Source: Nemertoderma westbladi
Taxonomy: Eukaryota > Animalia > Xenacoelomorpha
Direction: 5' to 3'
Length of the DNA stretch: 64,000 bases
Assembly: GCA_032718475.1 (NCBI GenBank)
Contig: JAUCBJ010008167.1
Coordinates: 3,730-67,729 of the forward strand
A program made the position numbers and the translations under genes. Below are positions 20,690 to 32,097 of this stretch, piece after piece; the stretch's first letter is position 1; every line of letters starts with the position of its first letter. The notes below the pieces were generated by a model that saw nothing but the letters and a program-made list of their open reading frames with translations, was not told the DNA's origin and did no database searches.

Positions 20690-22149
20690 TCTTTTACTAA
20701 TTGTCGTTCCCGTCCGGGTGCTCCTACGCTTCCTTCCTTCTTCCGTTCCTGAATTTGGCGATGTCTTACCTCTATCTGGTCCAAGTCATGTCCGTCTCGA
20801 GATCTCATTGATCGATCGCGGGCCTTTTGATCCAGATCTTCCTCGGCGTTCGCTAATTCTCTCGCCTTCTTCTCGAGTTCGAAATGAAGTTTAGCTGTCT
20901 TCTCTCGTTGTTCCGTTTGTTGTCGTTGCGCCTCAAACTCCGCTTGTCGTATAGCGGATTGAGCTTTTATTTGCCGTGTTTTCATTTCGGCCCGTGCTTC
21001 CGAAACTAACCTTTCTCGCTTTAATTCTGCCGTTTGTCGCTCTAATTCTGCCGCTGCCGTTTGTCGCTCTAATTCTGCCGCTGCCGTTTGTCGCTCTAAT
21101 TCTGCCGCTGCGTTTCGTTGCGCTAAATCAGCCGCTGCCGTTCGTTGGGCAATGTCTACCTCTAACCTTTCTACTTCAGCTGCTTCTAATTCAGCTTGTT
21201 CCTGTAGATGAGAGATTCTCGCTACGTTCGCAACGCGTAGCTTCTCTTCCTCTACTGCTGCCTGCATCACTAGAAGTTGAGCTTGTTCCTCCATTTCTCG
21301 TCGTTGTCGGTAGAATTCTTGCTGTTGTCGAGCAACTTCTGACGTGACCATACTTCCCTCGCCGATTTCGCTACGAATACTTACCAACGATTGATTTAGT
21401 ATTCCTGGTACTAGTTCGATTTGTGCGAGTGAAGTTTCCCTCGTATATTCCGGCACGGTTTCCAAATCGCCGACGTCTTCGCCGCACATACGTAAGTGGT
21501 CCGTCAGATGTTTCAATTGTCCATCTAGTCGGTACAGTTCCTGTTCTTCCTCGGGCTGCAATAATTCGTCCGAAACTGACTCACCTAACAACTGGTCCGC
21601 TTGTTCCTGTTGTATCTGCCTAATCGTCGACTTAAACTGAATCAGTTTCTCTCTAGCGATCATTAGTTTCTCGAGGATTCTAAGTTGTGTGTCCATATCC
21701 TGTCTCTGTCTAGCTAGATCTTGTAGACTGATAAGGTTATCTACGGACTTATGTACTCTACTTTGTACTCTAACCTGGAGGGTGTAGAACTCAAACCGAG
21801 ACATCGGAGCGGTCAACTCGTCTAATATGCGTTGGCCTTCTCCAATACTCCTGGTAATATGCGCCATGTAACCGCCGACGCTTCTAACCACACTCTCCTG
21901 GCTTCCTGCTGAACTTACCATGTCCGTTTCCCTGTATCTAGGTTGCGGAACAGTTAGAAAGTCCTCGGTCCTGCCGTCGCCTCGTACTACGGCATCCGGT
22001 ACTCCCGTTGGATGTACTGGTGACGCACACGGTGTAGGTTCGGTAGGCTCGCGAGTCTTCCCCTGTAGATCTTCCGCTGCTGACTAATCCGCGTCACATG
22101 AGTCATAGTCGGTAGGTGTATTCTTCGTATAGTCTTGTTTGTCACTCAT
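20665..22149 (-). CDS. Gag N-terminal coiled-coil region (ORF1), interrupted by one in-frame TAG
   Basis: E/Q/R/A-rich helical sequence with AAAELERQT repeats. The ATG at 22149 is in frame with 21921, with a TAG at 22086-22084. It joins the next ORF by a -1 shift between about 20785 and 20665. Confidence 0.8.
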
Positions 22150-22951
22150 TTCGGTAGTTGTAAGTCAAGTAAAGTGAGTGTCAAAGTATCAAACTTACCG
22201 TATTTTATCTAAACGGTACTAATTACAGTCATATAAAATTAGCCTACCGGCCGATTTTATAGCAGATGGATAAAATTAGCCTAAACGGCCAATTTTACAG
22301 CAAATAAATGTCACGGTATAAGTATATAATAAAATTAGCCTAGCGGCCAATTTTATAACAAATAAATCGGATAACGATATGCGTTATCAAAAGGTAAATA
22401 AAATACAATAATACGGACTAATTCAGCAATGAACAAAGAAATCGTACGGAATGCATAAATACTTGAGACAGTGGAACCCACAATAATTTTAACTAATACG
22501 GTAATGCCTAACTTATGTATGCAACTTTTCGAATTCACCCACTCCAATAATTCTCCAGAAAAACAGATTCCCAGATACAAACCGGACGTGAACCTTTCCG
22601 TTTTTAACGTTGCGGACGAAGCGCGATTTTCCCAACCAAAGTTGTTGAGTTATCTATCTCCCAAACTTGCTAAACACGGTCTTGCTCCCGTTACAGTCTA
22701 GAAATGAGTTCTGAATCCTGAAAAACAAAAGAGTTAGGTTTTACTTTTACGAAAATTTTTGTACCGGTACAATATGGTATTTAAACCCTTTTAAACACCG
22801 GTATTCAATTCCAAAAAATATTTTACACGCGGTTCAAATCAAATTTTATTTCAAAAAAAAATTAGCACTTAGCTAATCAAATATAAATTTTTACCTCAAA
22901 ATACAAAATTTTCAAATAACTTTAGTCCTACCGAACCGTAGTTCAGTAAAA

Positions 22952-23037
22952 CATATTCCTACTATTTTAGGAAATATGTTAAATAATACCATATTCCTAC
23001 TATTATAGGAAATATGTTAAAATAATCATATTCCTAC
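22952..23037 (-). promoter_or_regulatory. Non-canonical primer-binding region: three copies of GTAGGAATATG (37-38 bp period) abutting the 5' LTR
   Basis: Plus-strand CATATTCCTAC at 22952, 22990 and 23027. No TGG-starting tRNA PBS is present. Confidence 0.6.
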
Positions 23038-24950
23038 TATTAGAAGAGACAGTAACAATACCTGCAATATCCTACTGTAAAGTTTGTGAATCAAATAATA
23101 AATCCGGCCTTCTCACCAAAACAGTAAACTCTAAGTAAGCGAATATATTGCAGTATCGATCTCTTATAACCGGTGAGGCAGAAAACAGTCTACGAGCAGA
23201 CAAACTTCGATAAAACAAAATCCCGCGCAGCGAATCCTAAAATCAGGCTGACTCACTGACGGACTAAGGGGCTCGTATACTTTGCCGCGGTGTGATTTAT
23301 ATGGTTGGGCTAAAGAGACGCTAGCTAGGTACAGAGGCAGAGATTTGGAGATGTCTAACTAGCGGGCAAAGCGCAGTACGGACAAAAGTTAATTTTATAT
23401 ATTTTGAGGTGTAAATAATTTCTAACGCGCGTGTGTGATTCTGAACAGTCAAAGCAGTTTTGCTCCTTCATATATATAATTACTGGGTACGGTGTACATT
23501 TTACGAATATTCTAATTTTGTAACTTGTAGGTCCAATACTCACGAATGATAAGGTTCCTTCCCCTCTTGCGTATTTCCAGGACTCAAATTCAGGCATAAG
23601 GTTAATGCTACGCCCAGAATTCGGCAATTTTAATTTACCAGGCCCCTAATACTAAGAAGAAATGTGTTAGTTTACTACAGTAGGCGTACGGTTACAAATA
23701 GCTATCCTGGCTCTTATCTAGAATTTTAGTCACCTAGGTAGGCTGGGTAACTTCCTATCAGGACGTTGGCGGGGACACGGTAGATGTTAGTATATCCCTA
23801 ATAGCCTCAATTTATTTGCGCCTAGTCGTAAACTGCCCTACCGCCTGAACGGTACAATCCTAATTCAGGTGAAACACAGCAACCCTCCTAGCCTACAAGT
23901 TCTAATGCAATGGATACCGTTGTACTACAAATAGTCGCAGACGCACCTGTACTTAGCAAGAGTTAGGCGTACAGTTTGCTGCACCCTACCAATGTGTATG
24001 CTTTGTACCGGTGTGCCTACGTCCTATCTGCGTACTAGTATCTGCCTGCTCTTTCCCTCCCCCCGTAGGAATATGAAGGTCTACTGCGGTTTTTTCCTGA
24101 ATTAAAACAGTACAGTCCCTAAGATGTAATTTTAGGCGTACAGCGTGTCACTACTTCTACCTTTGATCTTTGGTCTTACGCTTAGGTAGCAAGGCGTCGA
24201 ACGCTGTCTAACCTTTCAGGCGATGGGCGAATAACTGAGATGGTATTGCGGGTTGTCTCCTGTCTACATTCCCTTGATGTTCCCGTTCATTGCTGCGGCC
24301 CGATCTCTAGCCGGCCATCCTGTTCCTAAGTGTGTTCACCATAGTGAATCATGGTGAAAAGAAAAGCAGGTAGCGGTATTTCTGAATTTATTGCAGATAA
24401 TAATACAAAATGTAATCTGAAAACTAATGACAGAATAAACAAATATCAGATAACTCAGAATAATTGTGAGAGATAGATATACTGAAGATTGAGAAGTGAA
24501 CTAATGAACGAAATCGCACCTTTTATACCAAATTTGTGCCGCAATCAATCGAGAAAATTCTCGATTGTTCTATAGGTTCTAACAGGTTTTTAAAGGTAGC
24601 TATTGGTCCAGCTAATATATAACTTGCACGACATTGGTTACAATCTAATAACTGCAGTCTCATTGGTTAATCTAGGTACAGACAAATGCAATTTAATTTG
24701 TAGCGGTCAATTTAAATGAGTTGAAATTCTGTACAAAAAATAATTCGCACTTACTAGGATTCGAACTCAATACCTACTACACATATAATTTCCAACGCTC
24801 TACCGACTGAGCTACTGAACCACTTGACTAAAGATCGTACAATAGATATAACAAATACAAATGAGGACTCAAAGCAATCTTTTAGCAAAGTTAATTCGAA
24901 TAAAAATAAAATTTTGAAAATCCACGGCATTTAGGGAATATAATTCTATA
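23038..24950 (-). repeat. 5' LTR (1913 bp)
   Basis: Direct repeat of 6126-8038, flanked by the TSD GGTAG. Confidence 0.95.
24387..24666 (-). promoter_or_regulatory. LTR Pol II promoter (three CCAAT boxes, TATA box) and poly(A) signal
   Basis: CCAAT at 24666, 24637 and 24606 (about 30-bp spacing), TATAAAA at 24527-24521 and AATAAA at 24392-24387. All are conserved in the solo LTR. Confidence 0.6.
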
Positions 24951-26071
24951 GGTAGACTTAATGGAACATTTCACAAACTTTCGTTGGAGGCTTGTACGTA
25001 CATTATATTGGTTTCATCCGATGTTTTTATTAGGCTAACTAAGAATTTATTCGGTAGAAATAATTAATGTTCTTTATTTTATTTATTTAATACAGTAAGA
25101 CCACTTCGCAGAATAAACTGCTCTTAGTGTCCATTACCCAGGTTGCGGATAGGGATAATATTACACACATCGCAGTAATTGTGATTATGATTTGTTTGCC
25201 TAGGCGAATGTGTTTTACATTAGATGGGAGGCAGTTTGTTTGGTTGATGCAGGTCATCTTGTTCAAGCCATCTTGTTGGCGTTCTAGTATTCTATAGTTT
25301 TTTTATTCATCAAGATCAACGAGATTCCGCGAATATATCCATAGAGACCAACTTAATTGTTTTCATTTCTTGTTGGACTCTCTTGGTTTGGTACAAGTCT
25401 ACTATAAAAAGGCAGCAAGCTGGCTGGAAGTTGCCCGATCGAAGAATCCTAGCCAAGCCTATTACAAATGAACTAAGTCAGGTTAGGCCTACCTCCACAG
25501 CAGCATACTTAGCGGTTGGCGGGTTTTTAGCTTTAAGAGGAAATGTCGTTAGTAATAACAAGAAAATATCAGAAATTGCTTTCACAGGTATTGGAGGCTC
25601 ATTATTCAATGCAGGCATGTGAAATGGCGGAATCCAAACCAATATATGTTTGTCCACATCTAACTCATAAAATAATTACATATTATAAGGTATATCTTAA
25701 TTATTCTACATCTGAATAGTAATATGGGATCTGAAGTTAAGTGTAAGCTGAAGCTATTGGCTAATTTGTGATAAAAGTGGTTTCTGGTGGCCTTTTTGTC
25801 CTTTACGTTGATGGCGGCACTTAATAATTGACATACTACAGTAAGTAATAATTGCGGTAGCCTATGCAAATATCGCTTATGGTCAAAGGTTCCACATGGG
25901 TCTAAAAATCCACTGGGTCAGAGCTTCAACAACTAGGTTAAAGCTTACACAAATGCATTCACAAATGCCAAAAACACATTCAGCACCTTCGTGCTACTAT
26001 TGTACGTTTTCTGTTTTACAGTGACTATGTTCAACGCATGTCCTATCATCATAATGATGATGGGAGGATGG

Positions 26072-26775
26072 TAACTCCACCTACTCGCTCCAGAAGTCGA
26101 AGAAATCCTGTCAAGTACCTAACTGATCTAGACTTTGCTGATGATCTACTTTGATGCTTTACTCTCAGAATCACTAAAGGGAGCCCAATGGCTCGTCAGC
26201 TCATTAGAACAGGCTGCCTCTAGTGCCCGTCGATTTATTAACTCCACAAAGATAAAAATTTTGACAGTTAACTTTGAAAGTCCTCAACCAATCTCTGATC
26301 GGATAAGTATAAGCTCAAAGGATGGTATAATTGAGCATGTGGACGACTTCTGTTAGCTGGGATCATGGATCCGGAAGCATAGAATACGTAATTGAAAGGC
26401 ATGGATCAGTCGCATTGAATGGGCTTTCCAGGATTTGGAAGTCCCACAGAATTCATCAGAAACTTAAGGTCCGATTATTTAGAGCAGCAGTAGTTCCAGT
26501 ACTCCTCTATGAGAGTCCTTCCTTGGCTCTAAATGTTGAGGACACCAAATCTCTGTATGGCACTGTGTCAAGTACAATACACACATCCCCAACCAGAGAC
26601 TACATAACATTGGAGGTATCTCATTGGTTCCATCAAGCTTCACACTAGAACAAAGTCGCCTCTGCTTTGCAGGATGAGGATCAGCCTGTGCACAAACTTG
26701 TGCTTTGGCAGCCCCATGGAGAAAATAATCATGGTGGACAGCCCTTCACTTTCGTGAAACGCCTCGTAAAGAATA
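26072..26775 (+). pseudogene. Degenerate 5'-truncated RTE-clade LINE reverse transcriptase fragment
   Basis: Motifs LTDLDFADD, INSTKIKIL and KVRLFRAAVVPVLLY, with frameshifts. Paralogue of 45290-46106. Confidence 0.8.
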
Positions 26776-27281
26776 GTAGAGTAATATATTAGAGTAGTAG
26801 CATATTAGTAGTTTTACAGTATGTTAACTGCTTTGGTTTACACCCCGTCAGCGACTGTAAATCCAAACACCAATGTTGTAACTGCATCATGATAAGCATC
26901 ATCATACACTAATGTGTTTCTCCAAGTCTTCACTTCATGATTGAACTAACAGGGGTCATTCTGTGAAACTAGCTAGTGCATATCTAACTTCACCCAGGTA
27001 TACACCAGAATACCACTGGTATACACCACTGGATACCTTGATTGTGGATCCAAAATGGTTCTACATTAAAATTATTTTGTTCATGACTACAAGTTGCCAT
27101 GTCTTAAAACATGTACAATGACTGCAGATTCATTTGATGATTCAATGACCACTGAGGAACGCTTTCTGGTCCAGTTTTACTTATTCAGACAGTATTTATC
27201 AGAATCTGTTACTCTTACATCATAGAATGGACTGCAGAAAAACCTTAATGAAAATTACCATGCGACTGTCTTACCAAGTGA

Positions 27282-27558
27282 CAATAATATCTGTCCACTC
27301 TGCCTCCCACCATCGCCAACCAATAATATCTGTCCACTCTGCCTCCCACCATCATCGCCAACCAATAATATCTGTCCACTCTGCCTCCCACCATCGCCAA
27401 CCAATAATATCTGTCCACTCTGCCTCCCACCATCGCCAACCAATAATATCTGTCCACTCTGCCTCCCACCATCACCAACCAATAATATCTGTCCACTCTG
27501 CCTCCCACCATCGCCAACCAATAATATCTGTCCACTCTGCCTCCCACCATCGCCAACA
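27282..27558. repeat. 39-bp minisatellite, 7 copies
   Basis: Unit CAATAATATCTGTCCACTCTGCCTCCCACCATCGCCAAC; one unit has an extra CAT. Confidence 0.95.
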
Positions 27559-28085
27559 TTGGTCACTGGGCTGATACTTTAGTTGGTGGAGAACGGGATA
27601 TTGCTCTTATTATTATCCCTAAATTGACCGACCCAAATTTATCCGACCAAATTTGGAATGTTACAGATCACACTGTTGGTTATTCAGATTGACCTATAGT
27701 TGTTGAAATTTACTTTGATCATATTTTCCAGGACCTTATTATAGTCAACATAATGTTGTGACCTCGCTGATCTTAAACAAACATAGGATTTTGACTCGAG
27801 TTCAGGATGTTTCCCCTCCTGAACTTCCTCTACCAACCCATTCCCCTGATCACTAACAAATTGGTTTAGATCTGGAGTTTTCCTGCCCCATAATATTATA
27901 AAAACTGAGATTGTTGAGAATCTTATCAATATATTTCTGCTGCAAGGGCCATCCATCTTCAGTAACGAAACAATATAAACAAATACAAAATAAAGTTATA
28001 TTATTTACGTAGTTACAAATACCAAAACTAACAATTTAAATTAAATATTAATTAGGCCTGCCACAACTGCACCAATAATGTCTGC

Positions 28086-29946
28086 TATAGAATTATATTC
28101 TCATAAATGCCGTGGATTTTCAAAATTTTATTTTGTTCGAATTAATTTGCTATAAAGATTACATTAAGTCCTCATTTGCATTTACCATATCTATTTGTAT
28201 AACATTGTTCAAGTGGTTCAGTAGCTCAGTCGGTTAAGCGTTGGAAATTCGTGTAGTAGGTATCGAGTTCGAATCCTAGTAAGTGTGAATTATTTTTTGT
28301 GCTAAGTTTCAACTCATTTAAATTAACCGCTACGAATTAAATTACATTTGCTCAAGGTAGATTAACCAATAAGATTGCAGTTATTAGATAGTAACCAATG
28401 TCGTGCAAGATACGCAAGATCGCTGGACCAATGATTATCTTTAAAACCCTAGTAGAACTCATAGAACAATCTAGATTTATCTCGATTGATTGCAGCACAA
28501 ATTTGCTATAAAAGGTGCGATTTGTTCATTAGTTATCACTTAATCTCAATCACTATTTCACTCTTGTTACATTTATTGTATATTAGTTATTGTTTAATTT
28601 GTAATAAAGTTAGAAATATTTATACGTCTGTTTTTTACTATGTTTCACACGGTGAACCCAACTGAAGGACAGATGGCAGGCTAAACATCGGACAGCGGCA
28701 ATAGACGGGAACATCGGAGGAATGTAGAAGGAGACAACCCGCAATACCCATTCTTAAGTTATTCGCCCATCGCCTGAAAGGTTAGACAGCGTTCGATGCC
28801 TTGCTACCTAAGTGTAAGACCTAAGATCGAAGGTAGAGGTAGTGACACGCTGTGCGCTAAAAATTACATCTAGGGACTGTACTGTCTTAATTCAGAGAAA
28901 CCCGCAGTGGACCTTCACATTCCTACGGGGGGAGCGCAGGCAGAACGATACTAGTACACAGATACAGTAGGACGCAGGCACACCAGTACAAGGCATACAC
29001 ATTGTAGGGTGCAGCAAGCTGTACGCCTAACTCTTGCTAAGTATAGGTGTGTCGGGGACTGTTTGTAGTACAACGGTGTCCATTTGCGTTAGAACTTGTA
29101 GGACAGGAAGGGTTACTGTTTTTACCTGAAATAGGATTGCACCGTTCAGGCGGTAGGGTAGTTTATTACTAGGCGCAAATAAATTGAGGCTATTAGGGAT
29201 ACTAACATCTACCGTGTCCCCGCCGACATTCTGATAGGAAGTTGCCGTGCCCACCTAGGCAACCAAAATTCTAGATAAGAACGCCAGGCTAGCTATTTTG
29301 TAACTGTACGCCTACTGTAGTAAACTAACACATTTCTTCTTAGTATTAGGGACCTGGTAAATTAAATTGCCGAATTCTGGGCGTAGTATTAACCTTATGC
29401 CTGAATTTGAGTCCTGGAAATACACAAAAAGGGGAAGGAGCCTTATCATTCGTGAGTATTGGACCTACAAGCTATAAAATTAGAATATTTGTAAAATGTA
29501 CACCGGACCCAGTAATTATATATGTGAAGGATCAAAACTGATTTCGACTGTTAGAATCAAGACACACACGCGTTAGAAATTATTTACACCTCAAAATATA
29601 TAAAATAATTTTTGTCCGTACTGCACTTTGCCCGCTAGTTAGACATTTCTGCACCTAGCTAGCGTCTCTCTCGCCCAACCATATAAATCACACCGCGGCA
29701 AAGTATACGAGCGCCCTTAGTCCGTCAGTGAGTCAGCCTGATTTTAGGATTCGCTGCGCGGGATTTTGTTTTATCGAAGTTTGTCCGTTCGTAGACTGTT
29801 TTCTGCCTCACCGGTGATAAGAGACTAATACTGCAATAGTTTTGCTCACTTAGAGTTTACTGTTTTGGTGAGAAGGCCGGATTTATGATTTGATTCACAG
29901 ACTTTACAGTAGGATATTGCAGGTATTAGGTACGTCTCTTCCAACA
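28086..29946 (+). mobile_element. Solo LTR of a diverged subfamily of the BEL/Pao element
   Basis: Reverse-complement homologue of 6126-8038 over its whole length. Termini TATAGAATT...CTTCCAACA. TSD TCTGC at 28081-28085 and 29947-29951. Confidence 0.92.
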
Positions 29947-30028
29947 TCTGCATTGCAGTCAGCATGTTTCCCTAATAATATCAGGCCTACAACAGTACAT
30001 CCTCTCCCCCTTTGGATTAAACATACAC

Positions 30029-30289
30029 AATAATAATAATAATAATTGGTTATTTATATAGCACTTTTCCACTGCTCGGCATACTCAAAGCGCTTTTATT
30101 ATCATTACCCCATCAAAGCCAGGTTCCCATTATACCGCTGGGTTGGCATAGGCAATAATGTCTAAAGTGTCTTGCCTAGGGACACAACAGTGAAAAATTT
30201 GTACAGCCTCTAGTCGGATTCGAACCTGCGCCACCAAACACTATTGTGTAAGCAGTTCAGGCGCCATATCCACTCGGACACTGCGACAT
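30029..30289 (-). mobile_element. tRNA-derived SINE with a (TTA)n tail
   Basis: A box (TGTCCGAGTGG), B box GGTTCGAATCC, central GTGTCCCTAGGCAAGACACTT and a TTA-repeat tail. Same family as 57936-58223. Confidence 0.85.
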
Positions 30290-31145
30290 CCATTCTGTGA
30301 TACCGGTGAGTACCCTGTCCAAAAACCCGTTTAATTGATTATTATTATTATTACTTATTGATTTCTATCTATCCCCTCTCTCTCTAAACTACGTTTAATG
30401 CACCTCACCACTACAGGTGTCGCCACCTCTGAGAAACTCTTGGCCAGTGGAAAATAGACCGTGGTCAGACCAAAGTGCGGTCCAAAAAAAGACCAAAGTG
30501 TCGACCTACCTTCATACCAAAATATTTTGCAGAATCTGATTGAAATTTAAAAAATTAGGGGGGGGGGGGGGGGCTCCGATTTTCTAAAAATGGTTGTTGT
30601 ATTAGGGGAGATGGTGTACAATTTTAGATTATATATTTTGTTAGAAATGTTGTTAAAAAATAGCGTTGCACCTGCTGCTTTTAGGTAGTACCAATAATTG
30701 CCTTAGCGATTAAAATGAGAATAATATAATAAATAATATAATATATTATTAATTTTTCTTTAACTTTCAATATTAATATCATTGTAGATATATATTGTTC
30801 TAATCACCTCAAATTTTTCAGCTTATTTTACTCTAGAAGGTCGAATTTCAGTTATGACGTATTACCTAATTTTACAGTGAGTAATAATACTGAAAAGATA
30901 TAGTAACTATTGAACTAAAATACCGGTACAATATTAAGAGAATGATGGAATGCCTGTCGTATTGAGAATAATTGATCATTGAGTGACAGGTGGCAACACT
31001 AAACACCCCTGAAATATGTTGATAAAATTAAAATAATTGAATAACCGTTTTATCTATCTACAATGTTCATATAAATTGAGGGAAATTTATATGATTCAAG
31101 AGAAGGAGCAAAGTATAGTATTTAAGAAACAAGTGCAGTGTGACA

Positions 31146-31820
31146 ATGCCATATATGCTTTATATGGTATTGTTTATGTCTCTAAGAAGAGCAACAGCAA
31201 CAGCATTAACATGCGCTAATATTTCCACTGTAACATCGTGCAAAGCGGGTTTCACTTTTCAGTACACATCAGATAATGAAGAAGTCCAAGATTATTATCA
31301 AGACAGGGCCTTGGATTTGATAATGGCGAACTGGGGTGAAGCTGAAGGTGGAGGTGTCATGGAAACATACACAAAATACAACTGCACCTGCTGCTATGTT
31401 TTATTCATCCGATTTTCTGGGTTTACCTCTGATGGAGATGAAGTCAAGATGGAGTGGGAAGATTACGGTTGCAGAGCTCCGACAGATCTTTGCTGGGACT
31501 TAGCTCCTGAGCAATGTGTTCATCTCATGGGTGAATTCGGTCTAGAGAATGCCGGCCAATCAGCGGTGCCAAATTTGGAATTGCTGCTCAACATATTAAG
31601 GTTCCTAAAGTACGGTCTAACAGTCACCTATTCCACTTGCAAAACCAAATGTTGTGATTCCACATGTTCTCCACTTGTATGGGAGTGGCCTACCGAAGCT
31701 CCAACTACCACTATGAGCACAACAACAGCCTATAGCAACGGTTACGGGACTGCCAAGGCTGTGCCTATTCTGTTCTACTTCTTTGTCTGTTTCTGGTCTG
31801 TGGTGATGGAGTCCCTTTGA
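31146..31820 (+). CDS. Secreted or GPI-anchored cysteine-rich protein, Ly6/uPAR (three-finger)-like
   Basis: Hydrophobic signal peptide ending ATALTC, many Cys including C-terminal CKTKCCDSTC, a Thr-rich stalk and a hydrophobic C-terminus. Intronless 224-aa ORF. Confidence 0.65.
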   Translation: MPYMLYMVLFMSLRRATATALTCANISTVTSCKAGFTFQYTSDNEEVQDYYQDRALDLIMANWGEAEGGGVMETYTKYNCTCCYVLFIRFSGFTSDGDEVKMEWEDYGCRAPTDLCWDLAPEQCVHLMGEFGLENAGQSAVPNLELLLNILRFLKYGLTVTYSTCKTKCCDSTCSPLVWEWPTEAPTTTMSTTTAYSNGYGTAKAVPILFYFFVCFWSVVMESL

Positions 31821-32097
31821 TCCTTTGAACTTACCTGCATAGTACAAAAAACATAAACAACAAACTTTATCTTCTATAATGGAAATTTTTAGAATTATTA
31901 TGAGCGAAATACTTATGTGATACTGGTTGAGTATCATATCAACAACTATACAACAACAACCTCTACCAACGGTTCCAGAACCGCCATGGCTGTACCATAT
32001 TATTTTGTTCTATTCCTTCGTCTGCGTTCATTGTTTGGTGAAAGAGTCCGTTTGAACTACATCCGTGTAACTATTTCAAAAACAAATTATTTATTTT

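Larger units (their letters stand above)
6126..24950 (-). mobile_element. Full-length BEL/Pao LTR retrotransposon with an extra 3' exonuclease/zinc-knuckle ORF
   Basis: Direct repeats 6126-8038 and 23038-24950 (offset 16912). 5-bp TSD GGTAG at 6121-6125 and 24951-24955. Order gag-PR-RT-RH-IN with Pao motifs (FDPLGF, FSDAS, NPADIASRG). Confidence 0.96.

Noticed and set aside
20665-20785. Programmed -1 frameshift between ORF1 and gag-pol
   Set aside because: I found no canonical slippery heptamer, and Pao elements usually have one ORF. More likely a mutation; needs other copies to settle.
24956-25880. Coding-like degenerate DNA around the insertion site (also 5990-6120 and 34050-34480, which share CAGCCGGGTACCAA)
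   Set aside because: Many stops and no motif I could assign.
27227-27574. His-rich repetitive ORFs on both strands
   Set aside because: They arise from a 39-bp minisatellite whose unit length is a multiple of three; there is no other coding evidence.
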